64,000 nucleotides of DNA from contig JAZAMN010000014.1 of NCBI GenBank assembly GCA_036229005.1, forward strand, positions 1-64,000, given 5' to 3'. The notes below the pieces were generated by a model that saw only the letters and a program-made list of their open reading frames with translations, made no database searches and was not told the DNA's origin. Positions 28,899 to 37,256 of the stretch are shown piece after piece. Every line of letters begins with the position of its first letter. The stretch's first letter is position 1. The DNA is from Myxococcota bacterium. GTDB lineage: Bacteria > Myxococcota_A > UBA796 > CAJQPC01. Made by a program: the position numbers and the translations under genes.

Positions 28899-29860
28899 AG
28901 GGCCACCGGGATGAAGCGGGGGTTCAGCAGCGAGATGCCCAGGCCGAACTGTCCGTTGGTCGAGAGGGTCATCACCACGCCGTAGTTGCCACGGCCGAAG
29001 GGCACGCGGACCACGCCGACGGCGGACAGCAGGGGGTCGATCACGTCGACCTGCTCGTCGCTTGTGTCCACCGCGCGCACGATGGCGGTGGGCAGGCTGA
29101 GCACGGCCTTGCCGCCCACCATCACATCGCCGATGGGCAGCACGCGGTAGTAGGACCCGCCGATGCCCAGGATGGGGTCGAACAGGGTCACGCTGACGCC
29201 GGAGAGGTTGTTGTTCGTGGGGCCCCACTGGTCGGTGAAGTCCACGGCCAGGTGCTGCCCAGGCCACAGCGCGGCGTCCACGAACACGTGGGTGAGGCTG
29301 TCGCCCCGCGCCCGCCGATCCAGCTCCTGGGCCAGGGTGTAGTTGCGGCGGGAGCGCTCGTTCTCGATGAGCATGGGGTCGACGTTGGTGGCGAACACCA
29401 CGCGCCCGGTGTTCAGGTCCACGATGCGGATGGACACGCCGCTGGGCAGCTCCTTGAGCCACACCCCGGTGCGCGCGGCCGGCGAGCTCCCGCGGGTGTT
29501 GTCGTCCAGACGCATGACCTCGCTGAGGCTGACCGGCCCCGACTGGTAGTGGAGGGACCCATCAGTGACGGTGGTGCGCGGCACCATGCAGGCTTCACAG
29601 AGCCGCAGGGACCCGTTGCCGAACGCGGACTGGAGCACCTCGATGGAGCGCACGGCGAACCAGTCCTGGGAGCTCTCGTAGCGGGGGGTGGCCTCGACCA
29701 GGATGGCGGGGGTGACCAGCTCCGGATCCAGGCGGCCCTCGGCGACCTGGACCTCCAGGATCTCCTCCAGGCGGTCCAGCGCGTCGCGGGTGGTGGCCGA
29801 GTCGGCGTGCGCGACGGGGACCATCAGCAGGCTGAGCAGCAAAAGGGCCAGGGCTCTCAG
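28895..29860 (-). CDS. Secreted protein with CsgG/FlgO-like N-domain (CxxC) and beta-strand-rich C-domain
   Basis: Signal peptide LRALALLLLSLLMVPVAHA|D; LCEAC; VSIRIVDLNTGRVVFA. Start uncertain (CTG 29860, TTG 29842 or ATG 29824). Confidence 0.75.
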   Translation of the reverse strand: MRALALLLLSLLMVPVAHADSATTRDALDRLEEILEVQVAEGRLDPELVTPAILVEATPRYESSQDWFAVRSIEVLQSAFGNGSLRLCEACMVPRTTVTDGSLHYQSGPVSLSEVMRLDDNTRGSSPAARTGVWLKELPSGVSIRIVDLNTGRVVFATNVDPMLIENERSRRNYTLAQELDRRARGDSLTHVFVDAALWPGQHLAVDFTDQWGPTNNNLSGVSVTLFDPILGIGGSYYRVLPIGDVMVGGKAVLSLPTAIVRAVDTSDEQVDVIDPLLSAVGVVRVPFGRGNYGVVMTLSTNGQFGLGISLLNPRFIPVAL

Positions 29861-31038
29861 AAGCAAAAGGACACCTCGGTGCCGAAGCTCTGGAAGCGGA
29901 CGTTCGCGAACACCACGTGGGCGCCCAGGTTGTTGGAGCCCGAGTAGGCCGGCAGGGTCTCCAGGAAGGAGGAGACGCCGACCCGGTTCCCCATGCGGAT
30001 GTCCACCCCGATGTGGAAGGCCCCGAAGCTCGCGCTGGGGTCGTCCCCGTCGGCCGAAGCGAGGATCTGGTCGGCGGTCAGGCGGTCGTTGGAGAAGCCG
30101 CCGGTGGCGGGGCCCCAGACGTGGGAGACGGACGCGCCGCCCATCAGGTAGAGGTCGGGGCGGGTGAGGGAGCGGTGGCGGCCGGTGAGCAGGCGGCTCA
30201 GGCGCACCTGGCCCATCAGGCCCTGGTAGGCGTCCGGGATGATGGCGTAGCCCCCCACAAAGCTGGTGGTCCAGACCTGGGAGCGGGTGGGGCTGAGCTC
30301 GACGCCGCTCTGGAACCACAAGAAGGGCGGAGGCGCGGTGCCGGCTGCCTCGTTGGGGCGGGTGGCGTAGGTGCGCACGCCGATGCGGAGGGGCACGGTG
30401 AGGGGGCCGTGGCCCTCGAGCACGTCCAGGTACTCCTGGCGGGCGTCCTCGGCCGACTTGAGGTTGTCGGGCTGGCGCAGCAGCGCCGGGGTGCTGGCGG
30501 AGGTGCTGAGGGTGTGGCTCCACACGATGGGCAGGTCGGGCGTGAGCTTGGTGATGCGGGCGCGCAGGACCAGCCAGGTGCCCTCGGCCTCCACGTCGAT
30601 GAACAGGGCGTGCTTGCCGGCGCCGCCCAGCTCCTGGAGCACCTGGGGGTTGTCGACGCCCCGGGAGATGACCGTGCCCTCGGGGCCGGAGTGCACGACG
30701 ACGGCGGTGCAGCTCGGGCAGTGGGCGAGCTGAACGTGGGTGGTGGGGTTCTCGAAGAGCAGCTTGGCCAGGTGGTTCTCGAGCAGCCCCTCCAGGCCGG
30801 TGCCCAGGCCGACCGGCACCGTGACGCCGGCGAGCACGACCGGGGTGGGCGTGGCGAAGGGGGCCTCTTGGGTCCACTGGTAGACCAGCTCGTCCAGCAG
30901 GTCGTAGGCGCTGAGCTGCACCTGGTTGGCGACCTGCGCGCGGGCGCGGTCCAGCTCGGCGTCGCGGGCGTCCTCCATGGGGCCGGCCTGGGCCACCCCG
31001 CAGAGCGCCGCCCACAGCCACAGGGTCAGCGCAGCCAT
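29857..31038 (-). CDS. Secreted protein with CxxC-containing N-domain and C-terminal beta-barrel
   Basis: Signal peptide AQA|G; LAHCPSC; LRARITKLT...IVWSHT; C-terminal FGTEVSFCF. Confidence 0.78.
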   Translation of the reverse strand: MAALTLWLWAALCGVAQAGPMEDARDAELDRARAQVANQVQLSAYDLLDELVYQWTQEAPFATPTPVVLAGVTVPVGLGTGLEGLLENHLAKLLFENPTTHVQLAHCPSCTAVVVHSGPEGTVISRGVDNPQVLQELGGAGKHALFIDVEAEGTWLVLRARITKLTPDLPIVWSHTLSTSASTPALLRQPDNLKSAEDARQEYLDVLEGHGPLTVPLRIGVRTYATRPNEAAGTAPPPFLWFQSGVELSPTRSQVWTTSFVGGYAIIPDAYQGLMGQVRLSRLLTGRHRSLTRPDLYLMGGASVSHVWGPATGGFSNDRLTADQILASADGDDPSASFGAFHIGVDIRMGNRVGVSSFLETLPAYSGSNNLGAHVVFANVRFQSFGTEVSFCF

Positions 31039-31667
31039 GTCCAGGCCCCCTGGGCGCAGACGCCCGTGTGCAGTTGGGTCTCGCGGGGGTCCACCAGCGT
31101 CGACGCCAGCAGGGCCTCGCCGGCGCCCAGAGCTCCCGTCTGGTGGTAGCGCAAGCAGGCCGCAGGCCAGGCCTCGAGCGGTGGAAGGCGCGTGATGACC
31201 GAGACGTCATCAAAGCCCAACACCGGCGTCCTGTCGGACACCTGGAGGCCCAGGTCCACCATCGCGTTCTTGGTGGCGAAGGAGAGCTTGTCGTTGACCT
31301 GGGGGTTGCTGGTGTGGCTCTCGACCAGCCACAGGGCGTCCTTGAGCTCCGGGCGGCTGGCGGTGGCAATGGCGGCGATCTCCCGGGCGCTGGCCTCCAT
31401 GCCGATGAGCAGGGCCTCGTCCTGGGGGGCGCGCAGATCCGCGGGCAGCAGGCGCTCGCTGCAGATGAGCACCTGGCGCTCCATCAGGTCGCCGCGGGGG
31501 TCGGGGGGAGGGACCACGCCGGGGTAGCGCTCGACGGCCACCGGGACGGGCACGCGCTCACACTCCAGGTTCTGCGCCTCGGTGCGGGAGTTGAACAGCC
31601 CCGGCGCCGGGTTGCCGACGTTCGAGATCTTGAACCACAGGGTCCACAGCGCCAGGTAGAGCCCCAC
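31026..31667 (-). CDS. Hypothetical membrane-anchored or secreted protein
   Basis: 213 aa, hydrophobic N-terminus, four Cys; abuts both neighbours. Confidence 0.7.
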   Translation of the reverse strand: MGLYLALWTLWFKISNVGNPAPGLFNSRTEAQNLECERVPVPVAVERYPGVVPPPDPRGDLMERQVLICSERLLPADLRAPQDEALLIGMEASAREIAAIATASRPELKDALWLVESHTSNPQVNDKLSFATKNAMVDLGLQVSDRTPVLGFDDVSVITRLPPLEAWPAACLRYHQTGALGAGEALLASTLVDPRETQLHTGVCAQGAWTWLR

Positions 31668-32402
31668 TCAGCGCTCCACCGGAGGCAGCTCCTGGAGCAC
31701 CTCCCACTGGCTCTGGGCGTTGAACACGAGCTGGCTGAGCTGCCCGTACAGGTCGTTCGACAGGTCCTGCTTGGCGGCGTCCTCGGCCATCTTCTCGTAG
31801 TCGGAGCGCAGCACGTCCAGGGCCATGTTCAGGGCCCAGATGCCGACGCCCACGCGCTCGATGATGCGGCCCTCCAGGGTCTCCGTGGCCAGCAGGAAGC
31901 CGGTCCCGTCGCGGATCACGACGTCCAGGGCGAACGAGGACTCGCTCATGGCGGGCACCACCGAGCAGGTCAACACGCACAGGGTCCACATGACCGGGTC
32001 GTTGAAGGTGTGGACCTCGCGCGAGGTCAGCTCAAGGCTGAGGTCCACGCGCTGCTCGCTGTCGCTTTCCTGCTGCGCGCCGCCGTAGCTGCGCTCATTG
32101 CCGATGCGCGTGGTGACCGTCGCGCCCTGGTTGCGGAAGAGCGTGGCGGCGTTCTGGCAGAGCACCGCGGCCTCCTGCCGGTTGAGCAGGTCGCCCTGGT
32201 TGCAGACGATCTGGAGCTGCAGGTCGGGGAAGTTCTGGGCGCCGGTGTCGATGACCACGGGGCCGTTGAGGCCGGCCATGGGCTGGTAGGCGTGCACGCA
32301 GCCGGTGCCCGCAGCGAGCGCGGCGGCGAGCAGAGGCAGGGCGATGGCGCTGGCCTTTGAGACGGCGTCCTCCAGAATCCGGGTGCAGGATAGGGCTCCC
32401 AT
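31668..32402 (-). CDS. Lipoprotein, first gene of the motor-like operon
   Basis: Lipobox GTGC; LCVLTCSVVP...LDVVIRDGTG. Start uncertain (ATG 32402, or GTC 32363 after GGAGG). Confidence 0.75.
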   Translation of the reverse strand: MGALSCTRILEDAVSKASAIALPLLAAALAAGTGCVHAYQPMAGLNGPVVIDTGAQNFPDLQLQIVCNQGDLLNRQEAAVLCQNAATLFRNQGATVTTRIGNERSYGGAQQESDSEQRVDLSLELTSREVHTFNDPVMWTLCVLTCSVVPAMSESSFALDVVIRDGTGFLLATETLEGRIIERVGVGIWALNMALDVLRSDYEKMAEDAAKQDLSNDLYGQLSQLVFNAQSQWEVLQELPPVER

Positions 32403-32452
32403 TCTGGGGCGGCAAGCGGGGCAGCGAAGTCGCGATCCCGCGGTGGGTACGG

Positions 32453-33337
32453 CTACCAGTTCTGGCCGATGATCTCCCAGCCCTCCCCGTCGTTGCGGAG
32501 CACGTCCCGGCGTCCGACCGACCAGATGCCGGAGGGGCCGGTGAAGAGGGGGCCGACGGTGGCGACGCTCTGGCCGTCGGCGAACACCTCGAGCTCCAGG
32601 CCCTCGCCGTCCAGGGTGAAGATCTCCAGGGGCGTGGACACGCAGGTGAGATCGCCGAAGCGGGCGATGCCCAGGATGTCCTCGTCTGTGGTCTGGTGCT
32701 CCAGGCGGGTGAGGGCAGCCGGCGAGCCCAGGAAGATGGACCCACACTTGCCGCCCACCACCAGCCGCTCCTCCTCCTGGATCCCGCAGCCCAGGGTGAG
32801 TCGGGTGGGGCGAGGGAGGGCCTGCCAACCCTGGGGACCGTGGGCGTGGAGGGCGCCCTGAACGCCCAGGCAGAGCAGGCGGCCATCGCGCAGGCGCAGG
32901 GCGTGGTTGAAGCCGCGGACGCCGTCGCCTTGTTGGAGCTCAGGGCCGTGGAGGGCGCGCCACCGGCCGGATCGGCGGGCGAAGACCTGGTGGTCCAGGC
33001 CCAGGGCGTAGAGCACCCCGTCCACGCAGCGGAGGGTGGGCAGAGGCATCTCGGGCTGGGGGCGGTGGACGTCCAGGCGGCGCCGGCCTTGGGGGCTCCA
33101 GGCGGTGATGCGGCCGTACATGTCGCAGAACAGGGCCTGGGTGCCGTCGGGGCTGCGGGCCATACTGGTGGTGCCGTGATCCAGCGCGGCGACCCGGGAC
33201 CACTGGCCGCTGGGATCGCAGGTGAGCACGGTGGTCTGGGGGCGGTCTGCGGGCTGCCCGGGGGCGTGGGCTGCGATGACGGCGGTGCGGTCGGCCAGCT
33301 CGACGCCGGCCAGGAACTCGTGGTCGCTCAGGTCCAT
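32453..33337 (-). CDS. Hypothetical beta-propeller-like protein
   Basis: 294 aa with repeated blade-like segments ending GxW; ATG after GGAG. Confidence 0.6.
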   Translation of the reverse strand: MDLSDHEFLAGVELADRTAVIAAHAPGQPADRPQTTVLTCDPSGQWSRVAALDHGTTSMARSPDGTQALFCDMYGRITAWSPQGRRRLDVHRPQPEMPLPTLRCVDGVLYALGLDHQVFARRSGRWRALHGPELQQGDGVRGFNHALRLRDGRLLCLGVQGALHAHGPQGWQALPRPTRLTLGCGIQEEERLVVGGKCGSIFLGSPAALTRLEHQTTDEDILGIARFGDLTCVSTPLEIFTLDGEGLELEVFADGQSVATVGPLFTGPSGIWSVGRRDVLRNDGEGWEIIGQNW

Positions 33338-33439
33338 CGTCCCGCTCTCCCTGGGTCTGGGAGGGGAGCTTGACCAGCGCCCGGCCGCCCTTCAACGCAG
33401 GCCCGCTGAGACCCGCTGAGATGCCCCGCCCAGGCGGCC

Positions 33440-35005
33440 TCAGGGGCGGATGCTCAGGCCGGTGAGGCGGTACTGTCGGTCGACGAAGGTGAGCTTCACC
33501 CCTTTCTTTCGCAGCATGCGGACGGCGGAGTGCAGGCGGGCCTTGAGGGACTCGTAGCTGCTGGCGTCGTCCGGCCAGACGCGGTCGATGAGCGCGTCGG
33601 TGCTGTGGGGGCCCTGGATGAGGCTGCGCAGGATCGCCGTGGCGACGGGGCTGCGGCTGAGGTCGACGACCGGGGCGTGCTCCGCGAGCTGCAGGCGCTG
33701 CCCGTCCTGGCTGACCCAGGGGCTGAAGTCGGGGGTGGGCTGCACGCGGGAGGAGGGCAGGGGGAAGTAGGGGCCGCCGGCCATGGTGCGCTGCGCCCAG
33801 GCGCGCAGGCGTTCTTCGAAGCGACCGGCGCCCAGGCGGCGCGACTGGCGCAGAGCCTCCTGGCAGCCCGCGTGGTCGCCGCGCGCGTGCCGAGCCAGGG
33901 CCAGGACCGTGAAGGGGACCCCCATCTCCTGGGTGCTGGACTCGGGGATCTCGACCAGCTTGAGGGCGTGGCGCTCGGCGGCGGCCAGGTCCTGCTCCGC
34001 CAGGTGGATGCGGGTCCAGGCCCAGTGGTGGTTCCACTGATCCCGCGGAGGCTGCCCCTCTGGGCCGCTGTGCAGCAGCTCGGCCTGAGCGCGCATGCGC
34101 TGGGCGTCCGGCCACTGGAAGTTCACCGCCAGCAGCCGCATCTGGTCCTGTCGGTGCACAAAGCCCAGCTTCTGGGCGAGCTGGATGTTCCGCTCCAGGT
34201 GCGGCAGGGCGTCCTCCTGGAGCTCCCAAGCCCAGAAGTAGCGCGCCTGGTTCACGAACAGCCGGTCCGCCTCCTGGGCCACCAGCGCCTCCAGCGCGTC
34301 CAGGCGCCCAGGGGTCTGGCTGGGGTCCCGGGGGGCCCGGACCACCCGCAGGAAGGCGACAAAGAAGCGCTCTTGGGGGGTGCTCGCCAGGCGCTCGGCT
34401 TCTCGCAGCGTGCGCTCGGCCTGCTGCTCCCAGCCGCGCCAGTTCTCGGCTCGGCTCTGCTCGATCAGCGCCCAGACGCGGCAGCGGTCGCACACCTGAT
34501 CCAGGGGTTCTTCGCGCGCGATGGCGGCCCACTGGGCGATCTCGGGGGTGGGGTCCCAGCGCTCCCACAGCTCCAGGCGCGCCCGGCGTTCCAGGTCTCC
34601 CAGCCCGGCGTAGCGGAGCTGGTGGAAGGCTGCCTCCGCTGCGTCCGCGGCCCGCGCCATCTGCTCGGAGGTGGGTCCCAGGCGGGCGCGGCACCAGCCC
34701 TGGATCTCCAGGGGGAGCGCGCCGTCTTCGTCCAGCCAGCCGGCGGCCTTGAGGGCGTGTCGGCCCAGCGCGACCCGGGCGTCCGGGAGCTGGGTGAGGG
34801 TGGCCGCCTCCGGTCGCCAGCGGATCCAGCGCCCGCGTGCACGCAGCAGCGTCTGCGCGTCGTCGGAGAGGCTCTCCCAGGCCCGATCCAGCCGCAGCCC
34901 CAGGTCGTCGGCGTCCACCAGCACGGCCGCGATCTCTGCCGGGTCGGTGTCGGGGGAGTCAGCCAGGACGGCAGCGACACGCGCTTGCAGGGACGGGGCG
35001 GACAT
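33440..35005 (-). CDS. Helical-repeat protein with C-terminal winged-helix (OmpR-type-like) domain
   Basis: C-terminus ALIDRVWPDD...RLHSAVRMLRK; helical repeats in the middle. Confidence 0.65.
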   Translation of the reverse strand: MSAPSLQARVAAVLADSPDTDPAEIAAVLVDADDLGLRLDRAWESLSDDAQTLLRARGRWIRWRPEAATLTQLPDARVALGRHALKAAGWLDEDGALPLEIQGWCRARLGPTSEQMARAADAAEAAFHQLRYAGLGDLERRARLELWERWDPTPEIAQWAAIAREEPLDQVCDRCRVWALIEQSRAENWRGWEQQAERTLREAERLASTPQERFFVAFLRVVRAPRDPSQTPGRLDALEALVAQEADRLFVNQARYFWAWELQEDALPHLERNIQLAQKLGFVHRQDQMRLLAVNFQWPDAQRMRAQAELLHSGPEGQPPRDQWNHHWAWTRIHLAEQDLAAAERHALKLVEIPESSTQEMGVPFTVLALARHARGDHAGCQEALRQSRRLGAGRFEERLRAWAQRTMAGGPYFPLPSSRVQPTPDFSPWVSQDGQRLQLAEHAPVVDLSRSPVATAILRSLIQGPHSTDALIDRVWPDDASSYESLKARLHSAVRMLRKKGVKLTFVDRQYRLTGLSIRP

Positions 35006-35023
35006 CGGGCGGCGAGGGGGCTC

Positions 35024-35617
35024 TCAGGGGGGAGGCGCCATTATCACCGACCGCAGCGCGGCGCCGTGCTCCGTGACGACCCCGAGCACCGGCTGATCCG
35101 TCGGCCCCATCGGCACGCACGGCACCCGCTGGCAGGCGAACGCCAGCATCACCGCTGGGCCCGTGTGGGGCAGGGTGCGGTCGTAGTAGCCCCCGCCGTA
35201 GCCCAGGCGGCCTCCCTGGTGGTCGAAGGCGAGCCCAGGCACCACGACCAGGTCCAGGGTCTGCAGCCGGATCACCTCGCTTGCGGGCGAGGGTTCCAGG
35301 GTGCGGAGGGGACCCTGGTGCCAGACGGTGTGCGGGTCCACCGCTCGAAAACCCAGCGGCTCCTCCCTCCCTTGGATGAAGGGGCAGGCGAGGACCTGCT
35401 GTCTGGCTTCCGCCTCCGCGAACAGCGGCTGGGTGGAGATCTCCGCGCCGATGGACCGGAAGATCCCGATGACCTGGGCCTGCTGCCAGATCGGGCTGGC
35501 CAAGAGGTGGGCGCAGGCCTGCTCGGAGAGGCGCTGGCGCTCGGTGGGGGAGAGGGCGGCGCGGCGGGCCTTGAGTTCAGTCCGTAGGGCGTGCTTTTGG
35601 GGGTCGAGCTCGTTCAC
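35024..35617 (-). CDS. ygfA: 5-formyltetrahydrofolate cyclo-ligase
   Basis: KHALR, EIST, DLVVVPGLAFD, GRLGYGGGYYDR. Confidence 0.93.
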   Translation of the reverse strand: MNELDPQKHALRTELKARRAALSPTERQRLSEQACAHLLASPIWQQAQVIGIFRSIGAEISTQPLFAEAEARQQVLACPFIQGREEPLGFRAVDPHTVWHQGPLRTLEPSPASEVIRLQTLDLVVVPGLAFDHQGGRLGYGGGYYDRTLPHTGPAVMLAFACQRVPCVPMGPTDQPVLGVVTEHGAALRSVIMAPPP

Positions 35618-35667
35618 GGCTTCTCTCTGGCTCCGCCTCTGGGTGTAGCCTGCGGGCGACGAAGGGA

Positions 35668-36006
35668 GTGGAAGTGGTGCATCTCACGGTAGAGGTCCGC
35701 TTGAAGCTGGACAACCTGGCGACGGTCCAGGAGGTGTTGATCGGCGTGGACCAGGACCAGAGCGGTCAGGTGGAGGGGGACGAGGTCGTCCCGGTTGAGC
35801 CCGATGATGAGGGCGTGTACCGGCGGACGGTCCAGGCTGAGCCCGCGGGGAAGTACCTGGCGTGGGCCGTCTACGTCCGCGCGACGGAGGGCACGGGCAT
35901 CGAGGCCACGGCGATCCTGGGCGAGCAGGAGGTCGACAAGGTCGAGACCGAGACGGGCCATAGCGGGCAGAACCTGATCGTGCGCGTTGTCACGGTGGAG
36001 GGCTGA
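35668..36006 (+). CDS. Small acidic hypothetical protein
   Basis: 112 aa; DQDQSGQVEGDE is EF-hand-like; TGATG overlap with the next gene. Confidence 0.6.
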   Translation: MEVVHLTVEVRLKLDNLATVQEVLIGVDQDQSGQVEGDEVVPVEPDDEGVYRRTVQAEPAGKYLAWAVYVRATEGTGIEATAILGEQEVDKVETETGHSGQNLIVRVVTVEG

Positions 36007-37160
36007 TGTTCCTGCTTCTGTGTAGCCTGGGCTTCGCGCAGGAGAGCTTCACGGCCACCCCTTGGTCCGGTGGGGCGCTGAGCGCGACGCCCGGGGGATC
36101 CACGCTGGAGGCTTCGCTGACGACCCGGGTCGGTGGGCCCGCGACCGCAGCCAGCTTCGGGGCGTCCCTCCCGGCCGGGGTCCTCTCGGGGGATCCGTCT
36201 GGAGAGACGCGGTTGAACGCCAGCTTTGCGCTCGCGAACACCCGCAGTCTCCAGTACGAGTTCGAGGCGCTGGTCCTTGAGCGCCTGGAGGCCCAGGGGC
36301 AGGCGCTGGATGCCGAGCTGGGCTTTGACGACGCCATCAACACACACGCCGCCTTCTGCCACGTCGCCACCGCCCAGGGCGTGGAGATCCTCCCCCAGGG
36401 CTCCTCGGTCAGCGACGTGGTGAGCGTCGGCAAGGCGCTGGCGGCGCAGGCCATGGCGGAGCTGGAAGGGGATGGAAGCGGCCGATCCTGGACCGACCGG
36501 GTGGACGCGGCGATCCAGGAGGCGGAGCGGCTCCGGGATGCTGACGGAGAAGGCGTAGCCATCAACGGGCAGTGCACGGCGGTGGCCTCCGACCGCTACT
36601 TTGACGAGGTGATCGACTTCCTGCAGGAGTCCAAGTCGATCGCGCTGGAGGGGCTCGTGTTGGGGACTCCGGACAGCCTGCCCATCCAGAACGTCGCCCT
36701 GCGGAGCTGGAAGCGCCCGCTGTACCGCCTGGACTTTCAGGGGAGCTACGCAGGAGTCAGCGCCCAGGAGAACGAGCAGAGCACCTACGCGCACAGCGCC
36801 GCTGGACTCGGCCTCTCGGGGTCGATGTACCTGCCCGCAGGCTTCGTGGCTGCCTTGGGGGCCCAGTGGACGCCGGGCTTTGGTGCGGGCTTCGAGCCCA
36901 GGGGCGCGGAGCTCCAGCTCGCGGCGGCCTACGTCAGCGAGAAGAAGGGCAACAACTACTTTGCGGTGGAGGGGCAGCTCAAGGGGACCTTGGAGCCCGA
37001 TGCCTTGGGGTGGGCAGCCCAGCTCACGGGGTCCGTGCGGCCGTTGGACGGGGGCGTGGGCATCGCAGCGGGGGTGCAGTTGAACCCCGCGGGTGACACC
37101 CTGCTGCTGCCCATCGTCGCGCTGACCGGTGAGCTCCCCAGCCTGTTCTCGGAGGGCTGA
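36006..37160 (+). CDS. Secreted hypothetical protein with beta-strand-rich C-terminal half
   Basis: Signal peptide MFLLLCSLGFA|Q; 384 aa. Confidence 0.65.
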   Translation: MFLLLCSLGFAQESFTATPWSGGALSATPGGSTLEASLTTRVGGPATAASFGASLPAGVLSGDPSGETRLNASFALANTRSLQYEFEALVLERLEAQGQALDAELGFDDAINTHAAFCHVATAQGVEILPQGSSVSDVVSVGKALAAQAMAELEGDGSGRSWTDRVDAAIQEAERLRDADGEGVAINGQCTAVASDRYFDEVIDFLQESKSIALEGLVLGTPDSLPIQNVALRSWKRPLYRLDFQGSYAGVSAQENEQSTYAHSAAGLGLSGSMYLPAGFVAALGAQWTPGFGAGFEPRGAELQLAAAYVSEKKGNNYFAVEGQLKGTLEPDALGWAAQLTGSVRPLDGGVGIAAGVQLNPAGDTLLLPIVALTGELPSLFSEG

Positions 37161-37256
37161 GGGGGCGCTCTGCCCCCGTCACTCCGTCGCTCACCCCTCG
37201 TCACCCCGCCGTGGCCCTGCATCCGATAGGGATCCTTCCCCCCCGGCGAGGTCCCC

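Noticed and set aside
19947..32402. Ordinary flagellar cluster or Agl-Glt/Tol-Pal operon
   Set aside because: No export, rod, hook, switch or flagellin genes in the window. The B subunit has a MotB TM motif plus an OmpA domain, unlike ExbD/TolR/AglQS.
35617..35668. 6S RNA upstream of ygfA
   Set aside because: Only about 50 nt separate it from a divergent gene, leaving no room.
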